Below, in pieces: positions 9,485-18,359 of a stretch of DNA of 64,000 nt. The stretch spans positions 54,601-118,600 of the forward strand of contig JAHFKW010000002.1 of assembly GCA_023245145.1 (NCBI GenBank), given 5' to 3'. The position numbers and the translations under genes were made by a program. The notes below the pieces were generated by a model. The model made no database searches. It was given only the letters and a program-made list of their open reading frames with translations, and was not told where the DNA came from. The stretch's first letter is position 1, and each line of letters opens with the position of its first letter. Origin of the DNA: Candidatus Staskawiczbacteria bacterium. GTDB taxonomy: Bacteria > Patescibacteriota > Minisyncoccia > Minisyncoccales > Staskawiczbacteraceae.

Positions 9485-10902
9485 TTCACTCTTAATTTAG
9501 ATTGATTGGATTTTGAATTTTGAATGTGAAGTTCTTTTAATTGTTTCGGATAAATTTGGCTAGGTGCATCCATCATCAAATCTCTGCCATCACCGGTTTT
9601 GGGGAAAGCAATAACTTCACGGATGTTGGGTTCGCCCATAAGAAGCGCTATCAGGCGATCAATACCAAAACCAATACCACCATGATTTGGGGCGCCATAA
9701 CTGTAAGCTTCAATCATATGGCCGAATTTTTCATGAATTTCTGCTTTTTTATACCCCATCACTTCAAAAACGGCTTCGATAGACTCCGGAGTGTTATTAC
9801 GAATTCCCCCACTGCCCAATTCCCAACCGTTCATGGCAATATCGTATTGATTAGCCATAATTTGAGCAATGTTTTTCTTAGCCAACAGGTCAGCCATATA
9901 TTCTGACTTGGGGGCAGAAAATGGATTGTGCACAAAGGTCCAACCGCCTTCGTCGGTTTTCTCGAAAAACGGAAAATCCACAATCCAGCAAAAGGCTAAA
10001 AGATTTGGATCGTTTTTATCTTTGCGTAAATCCGGTTTATCTGACTGATATTTTTCCATCGCCTCTTTGTAGGAAATTCTTGGAAATGGAATTTGCTGGA
10101 TAACTTTTTTTGGAAAAACTGTTTTCACCATATTAATTAACATGCGCTCAAATAATTCCAAAAAATCATCGCGTTCAATGAAACTCATTTCCATATCCAA
10201 CTGGGTATGTTCGGGTTGACGATCCCCTCTTAAGTCCTCATCCCGCATGGCACGCGCAATTTGAAAGTACTTTTCAAGACCGGCTACCATGAGCAACTGT
10301 TTGTATTGCTGTGGACTTTGCGGCAGGGCGTAAAACTTTCCGGGGTGTAAACGTGATGGCACCACAAAGTCTCGTGCACCTTCCGGAGTGGATTTGGTCA
10401 GCATGGGTGTTTCAATTTCGGTAAATCCTTCATCGGAAAAAAAGTTACGCATAAATTGCACTGTCTTGTGTCGCATAATAAGATTTTGCTGAAGTCTTGG
10501 TCGGCGTAAATCCAGGTAACGATATTTCATTCTCACCTCTTCATTAACTTCCATGCCGTCGGTCGTCACATCAAACGGCAAAGTTTGAGCCTTAGCTAGC
10601 ACGGTAATGGATTCTACGGCCAACTCCACTTCGCCCGTCACGATGTCTTTATTAATCATATTCTCCGGCCGTTTGACAATTTGACCCATCAATTCCACCA
10701 CCCATTCTGTTCGAATTTCTTGTGCCGTTTGATGAGCTTCCTTATTGACCGAAGGCACAAACACACATTGCAAAACCCCTGATTTATCTCGTAAATCAAT
10801 AAACACCAGTTTACCATGCGCCCGGCGCACACTCACCCACCCGGCTACTTTTACTTTCTCGCCAATATGTTTAGCTGTTTCTGAAATTAGAAATCGTTGC
10901 AT
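9481..10902 (-). CDS. aspS: aspartate--tRNA ligase (short form without the large bacterial insertion domain)
   Basis: OB-fold N-terminus and class II motifs (FQIARAMRDEDLRGDRQPEHTQLD, GSGGIRN, GIGFGIDRL); 473 aa. Confidence 0.85.
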   Translation of the reverse strand: MQRFLISETAKHIGEKVKVAGWVSVRRAHGKLVFIDLRDKSGVLQCVFVPSVNKEAHQTAQEIRTEWVVELMGQIVKRPENMINKDIVTGEVELAVESITVLAKAQTLPFDVTTDGMEVNEEVRMKYRYLDLRRPRLQQNLIMRHKTVQFMRNFFSDEGFTEIETPMLTKSTPEGARDFVVPSRLHPGKFYALPQSPQQYKQLLMVAGLEKYFQIARAMRDEDLRGDRQPEHTQLDMEMSFIERDDFLELFERMLINMVKTVFPKKVIQQIPFPRISYKEAMEKYQSDKPDLRKDKNDPNLLAFCWIVDFPFFEKTDEGGWTFVHNPFSAPKSEYMADLLAKKNIAQIMANQYDIAMNGWELGSGGIRNNTPESIEAVFEVMGYKKAEIHEKFGHMIEAYSYGAPNHGGIGFGIDRLIALLMGEPNIREVIAFPKTGDGRDLMMDAPSQIYPKQLKELHIQNSKSNQSKLRVK

Positions 10903-10907
10903 AATTT

Positions 10908-11402
10908 TTATTTAATTATCTTAAAATTAACTACATTGCTTCTTTTACCCCAGGGCTCTACGTACACTTTATAAATTCCGGGAACCAATTCAACATAATC
11001 GCACTCGCTTTCAATGCCCGAATATTCTCCAGTGATTTTTTCCCCTTTTTGGCACGGCTCAATTAATTTGACTTTCATAAAAGTATCTCCTGTTTTCACA
11101 TAATCTTCATCATGATCAGTTAGCATTGTTCTTTTTCCATCTTTGCGCTCAAAATAAACATTTAAGTCACCTTCAAAACCCGCCAATCCCGTTCCTTTTA
11201 TTTCAACTATAGTTCCTTTGGGCCCACTACCAGGATTAATGTTCTGTATCTTGGGTGCACCATCCTGTTCTAAACCACCAATATCTAGACCGCTCTTTTC
11301 GTAAAACCAAAAATAATAAATCGCGCCGTAGGCTAAGGCGGCAATAATTACATACAGAACTATCCACTTTAAGATTGATTTTTTGGGGTAATTATAGTTC
11401 AT
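10908..11402 (-). CDS. membrane-anchored protein with IPT/TIG-like beta domain (tentative)
   Basis: N-terminal TM helix; INPGSGPKGTIVEIKGTGL resembles the first IPT/TIG strand. Confidence 0.4.
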   Translation of the reverse strand: MNYNYPKKSILKWIVLYVIIAALAYGAIYYFWFYEKSGLDIGGLEQDGAPKIQNINPGSGPKGTIVEIKGTGLAGFEGDLNVYFERKDGKRTMLTDHDEDYVKTGDTFMKVKLIEPCQKGEKITGEYSGIESECDYVELVPGIYKVYVEPWGKRSNVVNFKIIK

Positions 11403-11617
11403 TACTTTTCTGCTTTAATTTGTGCGATTAATTCTTCAAGTGTCCCTATCTGATCCATAACTCCTTTAGACTTTTTATTTAAGACGGGGGTCAAATTTTT
11501 CAGCTTTTCAACTAGCAAATAGAAATCACTTACAACCCCTATTTTCTGGGTGTCAGACAGGTTGTAGTAAATCTCCCGCTGGATTTTTTCAGCTTGTTTT
11601 GGATTTATCATATCCAT
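11402..11617 (-). CDS. small hypothetical protein (start trimmed)
   Basis: The track ORF 11402-11707 overlaps the upstream gene by 86 nt. The internal ATG at 11617 (MDMINPKQAEK...) lies 4 nt after the upstream stop at 11622. Confidence 0.4.
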   Translation of the reverse strand: MDMINPKQAEKIQREIYYNLSDTQKIGVVSDFYLLVEKLKNLTPVLNKKSKGVMDQIGTLEELIAQIKAEK

Positions 11618-11621
11618 TTTT

Positions 11622-11957
11622 TTAAAAATATTTTGCCGATGCGGCGGCGTTAAAGAAGTAAAAATAGCTGTTCCAACTTTCTTCGGTGGAGCCATATTCA
11701 TTATCACCCATAAAATAATCCCCCAGCACTTCTTTTAATCTGCACAGCTCTTTTAATTTACCGCCACGGTTTTTTGAATCTTCAATGGTTAAATCAAGCA
11801 GTTCTATCCCCCGCTCAAACGCTTTCTGACTTAATCGCTCATCTTTCTTTTTCCAGATCATTGCCCTATCAACCTCGGCGCCCACATTCGCCAACTGCTG
11901 GACCAGGGAAAATTCAAACCAACGTCCGTTCGCTAAATTTTTATGGATATGACTCAT
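11622..11957 (-). CDS. conserved-looking helical hypothetical protein
   Basis: 111-aa ORF tightly packed with its neighbours; no family assigned. Confidence 0.5.
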   Translation of the reverse strand: MSHIHKNLANGRWFEFSLVQQLANVGAEVDRAMIWKKKDERLSQKAFERGIELLDLTIEDSKNRGGKLKELCRLKEVLGDYFMGDNEYGSTEESWNSYFYFFNAAASAKYF

Positions 11958-12295
11958 ACTACTAATTTCTTTATAACACTTTTTATTTTGTCTTGGATTT
12001 GAAAACTATCCACTCCCCTATTCTTATTTCCAAACCCCGGTTTTATATTTACCATCGAATTAAATTCAATAAAATCTTCCCCCGTTTTTTCCGGATAAAT
12101 ATTAATACCCCAAATGTTTTTTGGTTCTGACGATTCTTGCTCCATTAAAAACGTCAATAAATCCATATGTAATTCGCCGTCCACCGCCATCATTTCTTTT
12201 TCAATATCAACCACGGCTTTGACAAAATCACCAGAAAAATCTTTGGCCATTTTTTGCAATTCTGAAATTTCAATGTGGTCTTTTATGATTTTCAT
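11954..12295 (-). CDS. hypothetical protein (start trimmed to MKIIKDHIE...)
   Basis: ATG at 12295 lies 4 nt downstream of the upstream stop (12300). The longer track start would overlap that gene by about 95 nt. Confidence 0.5.
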   Translation of the reverse strand: MKIIKDHIEISELQKMAKDFSGDFVKAVVDIEKEMMAVDGELHMDLLTFLMEQESSEPKNIWGINIYPEKTGEDFIEFNSMVNIKPGFGNKNRGVDSFQIQDKIKSVIKKLVV

Positions 12296-12299
12296 ATAT

Positions 12300-13265
12300 T
12301 TAAGCACCTCCGCAGAAATGTTCTGAATCGGGAATAGACCAACTTTCACCTGTTTGAAGATTGACTGCTTTGTAAACCTTACCCCTATCGTCACCAGGAG
12401 GACAATCTTCAGGAATCGATACCAAACATAAATTTACCTGGTCTCCAACTTTAGAATTCTCTATCTCTACAACAGTTTCATAAGAAACCCCATAAATACC
12501 ATTGCCGTATTCTATGGCACTTCCACTGCCTTGAATTTCTTGACCCGTGCTCGCATCAATCAGTCTTGTCTCAATTCTTAATATGGTAGTTTTTACACAC
12601 TCACCAATTATCATTGGAATAGAATTATCGATCTGAGACCGTGTTTGAGTTTGATACACATTTTGAGCTTGTGGTAAATTATGCGATTTTACGTAAGGCA
12701 GATAAATAAAAAATACACAAGATAAACCGATTACTAGAAATACTATCCAAAATAGAATAAAACCCAATATATCAGCCCCCAATACTTTCCCATAAGAAAT
12801 ATTATTGATTTTAGACAAACCAGAAAAATATAAAAAGAATACCCAAATACCAACTATTGCTGATATAAATGGTAAAAAACTAAAAAGTAAAAGAGGTGTA
12901 ACGCTATAGATAAAAACTTGAAAAGTTTTTCCGTAAGATGACTCTACCTTAAGAATCTTTAACCCTAAAAAAATAAAGGTCGTGTTAATAAAAATAAAGG
13001 CTACAATGGTAATTGCGTAAACTAAAAATACTATTACCAAAAGTGATGCATCGGGAACACCAAGTTTTAAAGAAAGGCTTCCTATCTTTTCCACAATATT
13101 GCTATTGGGGAAAAATATGAAACTAAGAAAGTTTGTTATTACAAAAAATAGTAATAATGGCATTAAATACAAGAATGCCTTAAAAACGCCACTCTCTATT
13201 ATCAGCCCATCCCAACATGTTCTGGGATGTAAAATGATTGATTTTACTTTATCAATAAATGACAT
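12300..13265 (-). CDS. Yip1-like polytopic membrane protein with C-terminal soluble domain (tentative)
   Basis: Five or six hydrophobic helices followed by about 110 aa of soluble beta-rich tail. Confidence 0.4.
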   Translation of the reverse strand: MSFIDKVKSIILHPRTCWDGLIIESGVFKAFLYLMPLLLFFVITNFLSFIFFPNSNIVEKIGSLSLKLGVPDASLLVIVFLVYAITIVAFIFINTTFIFLGLKILKVESSYGKTFQVFIYSVTPLLLFSFLPFISAIVGIWVFFLYFSGLSKINNISYGKVLGADILGFILFWIVFLVIGLSCVFFIYLPYVKSHNLPQAQNVYQTQTRSQIDNSIPMIIGECVKTTILRIETRLIDASTGQEIQGSGSAIEYGNGIYGVSYETVVEIENSKVGDQVNLCLVSIPEDCPPGDDRGKVYKAVNLQTGESWSIPDSEHFCGGA

Positions 13266-13270
13266 TTATT

Positions 13271-14470
13271 TTACTTTAATTTAACCTTCACAAACTTTCT
13301 TTTCCCAAATTGGAAAACCATGCCATCCTCAATTGTAATTTCTTGTTTCCAACTTTCAACTTTATAACTTGATGAACTTGATAACTTCACCGTCACTCCT
13401 CCGCCTTCAATCACCCGCCGTGCGTCATTTTTTGATTCGGCTAATTTCGCATCAACTAATAGATCTAAAACTGGGTATGGATTTTTAGAGGTTTCAAAAA
13501 CCGGAATTTCATCGGGCGCTTCGTGCCGGCGGAAAATTTTGATAAAATTTTCCGCCGCTAAACCAGCGACTTTATCACCATGATACATTCTCACAATTTC
13601 TTTGGCGAGCAACGCTTTTTGATCCCGAGGATTTCCCAATTTCTTAATTTGAGCTATTTCCTCTAATGACACTCGCGTTACCAACGTAAAATATTTTACA
13701 ATCAATTCATCGGGAATAGACATGGTTTTACCAAACATTTCATCGCCAGAATCAAGAAGGTTGATAGTGTTTCCCCAACTTGAGCTCATTTTCCGACCAT
13801 CAGTGCCTTCAATTAAAGGATTGGTTATAATATCTTGTGGTTCTTGTTTATAGTGTTTTTGTATATCGCGTCCTGCTAGTAAATTAAAGCGCTGATCAGT
13901 TCCACCCAGCTCAACGTCTGCTTGCACGGCAACCGAATCATACCCCTGCATCAAAGGATAGATCACTTCACGCAGTGAAACGCGTTTGCCTGCGTTAAGA
14001 CGCTTTGCGATATTCTCTCGAGCATTAAACTCGTGCACCGAAAAAAGTTCAGCCAATTCACTAAAGTCATAGTAATTTAATTTTTTCAACCACTTGGAAT
14101 TATATTTCACTTCGCACTTTCGCATATCTAAAATCTTTCCGGCTTGTTTGGCGTAATTTTTCATATTCTCTTTAATTGTTTTTACATCCAGCATTGGTCG
14201 TTCACTATCTTTATCTGAAGTGTCACCAATAATTCCGGTAAAATCTCCAATAATTAAAACCACCTTGTGTCCAAGGTTTTGAAAATCTCTCAATTTAAGC
14301 AACGGAATAGACCGCCCAATGTGAATGTTGGGACTGGTCGGATCTATGCCTAATTTAATCCGAAGCACTTTACCCGAAAGCAGTTTTTTCTTGAGGCTCT
14401 CTTTGTCTATTACCTCGTCCACTCCCCTCGTCAATACTTCCTCAATTTTTTGCGGGTCGATATTAGTCAT
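13271..14470 (-). CDS. tyrS: tyrosine--tRNA ligase
   Basis: HIGH-like PNIHIGR, KMSKS-like KMSSS and a C-terminal S4 domain (RRVIEGGGVTV); 399 aa. Confidence 0.85.
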   Translation of the reverse strand: MTNIDPQKIEEVLTRGVDEVIDKESLKKKLLSGKVLRIKLGIDPTSPNIHIGRSIPLLKLRDFQNLGHKVVLIIGDFTGIIGDTSDKDSERPMLDVKTIKENMKNYAKQAGKILDMRKCEVKYNSKWLKKLNYYDFSELAELFSVHEFNARENIAKRLNAGKRVSLREVIYPLMQGYDSVAVQADVELGGTDQRFNLLAGRDIQKHYKQEPQDIITNPLIEGTDGRKMSSSWGNTINLLDSGDEMFGKTMSIPDELIVKYFTLVTRVSLEEIAQIKKLGNPRDQKALLAKEIVRMYHGDKVAGLAAENFIKIFRRHEAPDEIPVFETSKNPYPVLDLLVDAKLAESKNDARRVIEGGGVTVKLSSSSSYKVESWKQEITIEDGMVFQFGKRKFVKVKLK

Positions 14471-14485
14471 ATTAAGTTTAGTATA

Positions 14486-14758
14486 CTACTTTTTCCGATA
14501 AATCCAAAATTGCCCCAAGATAATTATCATGCACAACGTTCCCAGTGACTGCGGAATGGTTAAAAAAATATCTTGCCGAAAAAATCCATACATCAGCCAT
14601 GAAAAATACGAATAACCAGCCAAGGTAATCCACCACAACGAAAGGCCTTCACAGCTTTTTCGCCTCCAGTTTTTTATTACCTGCGTCACCAGACCAATCA
14701 CCACTCCCAGCAGGCCGGCCAGCGATGCGTTGTAACCCAGAATTTGAATAATCTCCAT
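14486..14758 (-). CDS. PQ-loop / SemiSWEET-like 3-TM protein
   Basis: 90 aa with three TM helices and a loop QVIKNWRRKSCEGLSL like the PQ-loop motif. Confidence 0.5.
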   Translation of the reverse strand: MEIIQILGYNASLAGLLGVVIGLVTQVIKNWRRKSCEGLSLWWITLAGYSYFSWLMYGFFRQDIFLTIPQSLGTLCMIIILGQFWIYRKK

Positions 14759-14761
14759 GTT

Positions 14762-16003
14762 TTAAAATTTATCAAACAACTTATACACATCTCCCGCGCC
14801 CATAATAATTAAAACGTCCCAATTTCCTGTTTCTGAATGCACAAAAGCTTCAGCCATATCAAGCGGTAAATATCGTACATTCTTTTTGTTTATTTTTCCA
14901 ACCAACATTTGTGAATCAACTTTCGCGTTTATATTTTTGGTTTCCCGTCCCGCCACATCATAAATATCCGTAATAATTATTTTATTAATCTTGACACCCT
15001 TAAACAGTTTTACAAAATCTTTAAATAAATAATAGGTGCGTTGATGTTGATGAGGCTGAAAAATACACCAAATTCGCTTTTTAGGGAACTTTTCCCGCGC
15101 AGCTTTTAAGGTTGCCATAACTTCGGTTGGATGGTGACCGTAGTCTGAAATAATTTGAAATTTGAAATTTGAAATTTGAACTGTTTTCATTTCAAATCGG
15201 CGCCAGCTTCCCGCATATGCGTTAAGTGATTTAAAAGAAATCGCATCTTTGACACCCAAAACCCGAGCTACCGCCAAAGCCATTAAGGCATTAGAAATAT
15301 TATGCTGGCCAGGAATTTTGAGTTTTAGTTTTTTGGCATCCTTAGTTTGAGTCTGTCGCAGGGTTTTTTCAGTAATTAAAATACCGTTTTTGGGTAATCG
15401 TTTGGTAAAGTTTTTAAAAGCTTTTTTGACATTGGTAAAAGTTTTAAAATAATCCAAGTGCTCTTTATCCACATTAGTAATCACGGCGATTTGTGGTGAA
15501 TATTCTAAAAATGAGCCGTCGTATTCACAGGCCTCAATCACTAAATATTTGCTTTTTCCCATTCTGAAATTTGAATCACCAAATTCCTTTAACTTTGTAC
15601 CTACTATTACTGTAGGGTCAATGCCAGCCCTTATGAGGATTAGGGCCGTCATGGCCGTTGTGGTACTTTTGCCATGACTGCCAGCGATGGCGATGGTTTC
15701 ATATTGGCGCGTCAATTCGCCAAGGGCCTCGGGATAGCTTTTTGCCTGAAGCTTAAAACGTAAAACCTGAAGCATTTCGGGGTTGTCGGATTTGACAGCC
15801 GGACTATAAATCACTAAATCAAAATCAGAGCTGATGTTTTCAGCTTTATTACCAATCATGATTTTCACGCCTTTATTTTTTAAAAATTCCGTAATTTCCG
15901 AAGCCGACAAATCCGAGCCTGAAATATCATGCCCTTTTTCTAAATAATATTGTGCCAAGGCGGACACCCCAATCCCCCCAATGCCAATAAAGTGAATTTT
16001 CAT
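14762..16003 (-). CDS. murC: UDP-N-acetylmuramate--L-alanine ligase
   Basis: MKIHFIGIGGIGVSALA, GSHGKSTTT P-loop and DYGHHPTE. Confidence 0.9.
   Translation of the reverse strand: MKIHFIGIGGIGVSALAQYYLEKGHDISGSDLSASEITEFLKNKGVKIMIGNKAENISSDFDLVIYSPAVKSDNPEMLQVLRFKLQAKSYPEALGELTRQYETIAIAGSHGKSTTTAMTALILIRAGIDPTVIVGTKLKEFGDSNFRMGKSKYLVIEACEYDGSFLEYSPQIAVITNVDKEHLDYFKTFTNVKKAFKNFTKRLPKNGILITEKTLRQTQTKDAKKLKLKIPGQHNISNALMALAVARVLGVKDAISFKSLNAYAGSWRRFEMKTVQISNFKFQIISDYGHHPTEVMATLKAAREKFPKKRIWCIFQPHQHQRTYYLFKDFVKLFKGVKINKIIITDIYDVAGRETKNINAKVDSQMLVGKINKKNVRYLPLDMAEAFVHSETGNWDVLIIMGAGDVYKLFDKF
15153..15197. repeat. 4 x 7-bp tandem repeat (atttgaa) plus an inverted copy, inside murC
   Basis: atttgaa x4 at 15153-15180, spacer ctgttttc, then atttcaaat (15189-15197), the reverse complement of atttgaaat. 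Encodes ...QISNFKFQIIS... Confidence 0.8.
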
Positions 16004-16011
16004 CGCGACAT

Positions 16012-16581
16012 TTATTTTAATTCTATGGATTCAATAAGTGTATACTGTGGCCCGCCTTTTTTTATTTCCGACTCCATCACGTCAATGGTTTCAGCCGTAA
16101 AAATTAAATCCAAATTTTGCAGAACTTCCGGTCGTTCTTCGGGTTCAATGGCTTTCCAAGCAAATGCAGAGATTCTGGCCAACGTCACATGTGGAGCAAA
16201 ACCTTTTTTATCCGGATCAAAATTAACTATTTTTTCCAGCAGAGCTTCCTCCAAATCTTTCTTTAATACTGATAAGGGTTGTGATTTTGCGCCTGAAGCC
16301 CACAACATTTTTGGCGGTAGTTTTTCGCTTGGTCCATACCCAATGCTCGTAAGATTGATATCCACTGCTTCATGCAAAGTTGCCACTTTTTTGGTAATCA
16401 CGCACACTTCGCCCAGTTCCACATCCGTCAAATCCCCCAAAAAAACTAACGTAATATGTAAATTTTCCGGTGGCGTCCATTTGGCGGGTAGCTCTGAAAA
16501 CGTAGTTTCATACTTTGCCAACGCTCTTTTTACCTCTTTTGGTAAATTGATGGCAATAAAAATTCTATGTCTTTTTTGCAT
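16012..16581 (-). CDS. thpR: RNA 2',3'-cyclic phosphodiesterase / 2'-5' RNA ligase family
   Basis: Two H-x-T-x motifs (HITLVFLG, HVTLAR); 189 aa. Confidence 0.85.
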   Translation of the reverse strand: MQKRHRIFIAINLPKEVKRALAKYETTFSELPAKWTPPENLHITLVFLGDLTDVELGEVCVITKKVATLHEAVDINLTSIGYGPSEKLPPKMLWASGAKSQPLSVLKKDLEEALLEKIVNFDPDKKGFAPHVTLARISAFAWKAIEPEERPEVLQNLDLIFTAETIDVMESEIKKGGPQYTLIESIELK

Positions 16582-16680
16582 AATTTCATTCTATCAGAAA
16601 TTTGTAGCTTTTCACTATTGACTCAAAGGCATTAAGATGATATTGTTTAATTAGGATTCCCAACCCCAAGGAGATGCATC

Positions 16681-16785
16681 ATGGAAAGCGAGTTCCTATT
16701 CTATGCCCTCACCCATAACCAGAACGGAGAATGGGTGATGTACGGGGTTTTAGATGATGGCACCTACCAAAAAGTCGCCGTCTAG
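16681..16785 (+). CDS. 34-aa small ORF with SD and terminator
   Basis: AAGGAG (16668-16673) lies 7 nt before the ATG. Product MESEFLFYALTHNQNGEWVMYGVLDDGTYQKVAV, followed by a strong terminator. Below the ORF-track size cutoff. Confidence 0.4.
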   Translation: MESEFLFYALTHNQNGEWVMYGVLDDGTYQKVAV

Positions 16786-16796
16786 GTCGCCACATG

Positions 16797-16837
16797 AGCT
16801 CCGGATGTTTTACGCGAACATCCGGGCTATTTTTTTA
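16797..16837 (+). terminator. intrinsic terminator
   Basis: ccggatgtt / aacatccgg stem, then gctattttttt. Confidence 0.75.
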
Positions 16838-16862
16838 CTTAAAAATGGACTAGTATAAAAGT

Positions 16863-17531
16863 ATGAACGAAGAGATTTCACACATCTTCAACGAAATGGC
16901 TCGATTACTGGAAATCAAGGGTGATTCGGCTTTTCGAATTAATGCCAACAAACGAGTAGCTAAGATTTTGGAGTTATTGCCCACTGATGTTTCGGAAATT
17001 TACCAGCAAAAAAAAATAAAAGGTTTAATGGAAATAAAGGGCATCGGGGAAAGCAGTGCCAAAAAAATTGAGGAATTTATCAAGCGAAGTAAAATTAAAA
17101 GTTTTGAGACATTAAAAGACGAAACCGGTATTCAGCAAATTATTACCCATTTCTTCAAATCCAAGGGCTTGGGGTTGCAAGAATTGAAAGAAAATGCTAA
17201 AAAAAGAAAGATAATCTATTCTCGCTACACTAAAGTAGCTAAACAGTTAATAGAACTGGCGGGAGGAGTGGAGCTAGCTAAAAAAGCTATTGACACGGTG
17301 GCAGTTTGGGCTAATTCTAGAAAATTAGATTACGCCATTGAAACTGTCTTTAAAAAATGGTTGGAATTGGACAGACTAAAGCCCAAAGCCATTGTCAAAA
17401 AGCCGTTTTATTTGGGTGACCCGATGATTTTTGTGGAATCCAAGAAAAAATGGTTTGTGATTGGTAAGTCAGGCGAATGGCTACAATTTATGGATAAAGA
17501 ATCCAAAATTGAATGGAGAGAACAAAAATAG
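16863..17531 (+). CDS. helix-hairpin-helix protein, Pol X N-terminal-like domain fused to unknown C-terminal domain
   Basis: The N-terminus IFNEMARLLEIKGDSAFRINANKRVAKILE...IKGIGESSAKKIEEFI matches the Pol X family 8-kDa/HhH region. No polymerase palm motifs are seen. Confidence 0.5.
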   Translation: MNEEISHIFNEMARLLEIKGDSAFRINANKRVAKILELLPTDVSEIYQQKKIKGLMEIKGIGESSAKKIEEFIKRSKIKSFETLKDETGIQQIITHFFKSKGLGLQELKENAKKRKIIYSRYTKVAKQLIELAGGVELAKKAIDTVAVWANSRKLDYAIETVFKKWLELDRLKPKAIVKKPFYLGDPMIFVESKKKWFVIGKSGEWLQFMDKESKIEWREQK

Positions 17532-17601
17532 TTATCAAGCTTCAAGTTATCAAGTTCATCAAGTCGACTTTATAACTTTCAACTTTATAACTTTATAACT
17601 T
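17531..17601 (+). repeat. ~80-bp quasi-palindromic repeat element, copy 1 (abuts efp start codon)
   Basis: gttatcaag-type units, centre tcgac, then ctttataac-type units. Core atcaagtcgactttataact is shared with copy 3 (58501-58580), and the reverse complement of copy 2 (32665-32755) is similar. Confidence 0.8.
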
Positions 17602-17603
17602 CG

Positions 17604-18170
17604 ATGTTAACGCATACTGATTTAAAAAAGGGTACGCAATTTATTTTTGAGGACCAGCCATTTGAAGTGGTTGATTCGCTGTTGGTTAAAATGGCTCAAC
17701 GTCGGCCCGTGGTGCAAACCAAAATCAAAAACTTAATGAATGGTAGCGTGCAAGAAAGAAACTTTCAGCAGGGTGATATGTTTGACGAGGCCGATTTGGT
17801 TAAAAAGAATATTAAGTTTTTGTACGCCACTAAGGGCCAGTACTTTTTTTGCGAAGAAAACGACCCATCCAAAAGATTTTCATTCACCGAAGAACAAATT
17901 GGCAAGCCGGGGAAATTCTTTAAACCCAATTCACTTTTACAGGGTATCATTTTTAATGAAAATATTATCAACGTAGTCTCCCCCATTAAGGTGACGCTCA
18001 AAATTAAGGAATCCGCACCAGGGGTAAAAGGCGACCGGGCCCAAGGCGGAACCAAAGAAGCTATTTTAGAATCCGGTGCAGTTATCCAAGTTCCTCTTTT
18101 CATTGAAGAAGGCGATATGATTGAGATAAACACGGAATTGGGAGAGTACGTAAAACGCGCATCGGAGTAA
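17604..18170 (+). CDS. efp: elongation factor P
   Basis: 188 aa. N-terminal KOW-like DLKKGTQFIFEDQPFEVVD and a three-domain length. The loop MAQRRPVVQTKIKN occupies the position of the modified Lys/Arg. Confidence 0.85.
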   Translation: MLTHTDLKKGTQFIFEDQPFEVVDSLLVKMAQRRPVVQTKIKNLMNGSVQERNFQQGDMFDEADLVKKNIKFLYATKGQYFFCEENDPSKRFSFTEEQIGKPGKFFKPNSLLQGIIFNENIINVVSPIKVTLKIKESAPGVKGDRAQGGTKEAILESGAVIQVPLFIEEGDMIEINTELGEYVKRASE

Positions 18171-18255
18171 TTTCCAATGACCAATTTTGAGAGTCGGCCT
18201 CTTGGTCGATTTTATTGTCTATAATTTCCGAAGCTTGGGTTTTTACGGACAAATT

Positions 18256-18298
18256 AGCGGTAGTGTAAAAAACGAAGCTTTGTTTTTTACACTACCGC
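18256..18298. repeat. perfect 17-bp inverted repeat between convergent terminators
   Basis: gcggtagtgtaaaaaac ... gttttttacactaccgc with a 9-nt loop. Confidence 0.8.
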
Positions 18299-18359
18299 AG
18301 TAATTTTTGACAAAAAAATCCCGCACACGAGTGTGGGGATAATAAACACACTGTAAAAA

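Noticed and set aside
15146-15200. Short tandem repeats (also 22305-22340, 58169-58207 and 59111-59143) considered as a CRISPR array or minisatellite.
   Set aside because: The units are 6-9 bp with no spacers, which is far below CRISPR repeat and spacer dimensions. No cas genes are in the window.
15950-16621. 223-aa + strand ORF, and similar long antisense ORFs (5098-5693, 36208-36624, 38665-39000, 51486-51887, 52177-53133 and others).
   Set aside because: Each overlaps a confidently identified gene on the opposite strand (thpR/murC, pyrG, rplL, the methyltransferase, the lipoprotein gene, copA) and has low-complexity, Ser/Phe/Ile-rich composition typical of antisense frames in AT-rich DNA.
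17740-18184. ORFs 17740-17976(+) and 17765-18184(-).
   Set aside because: Both are nested within or antisense to efp, which is confidently identified.
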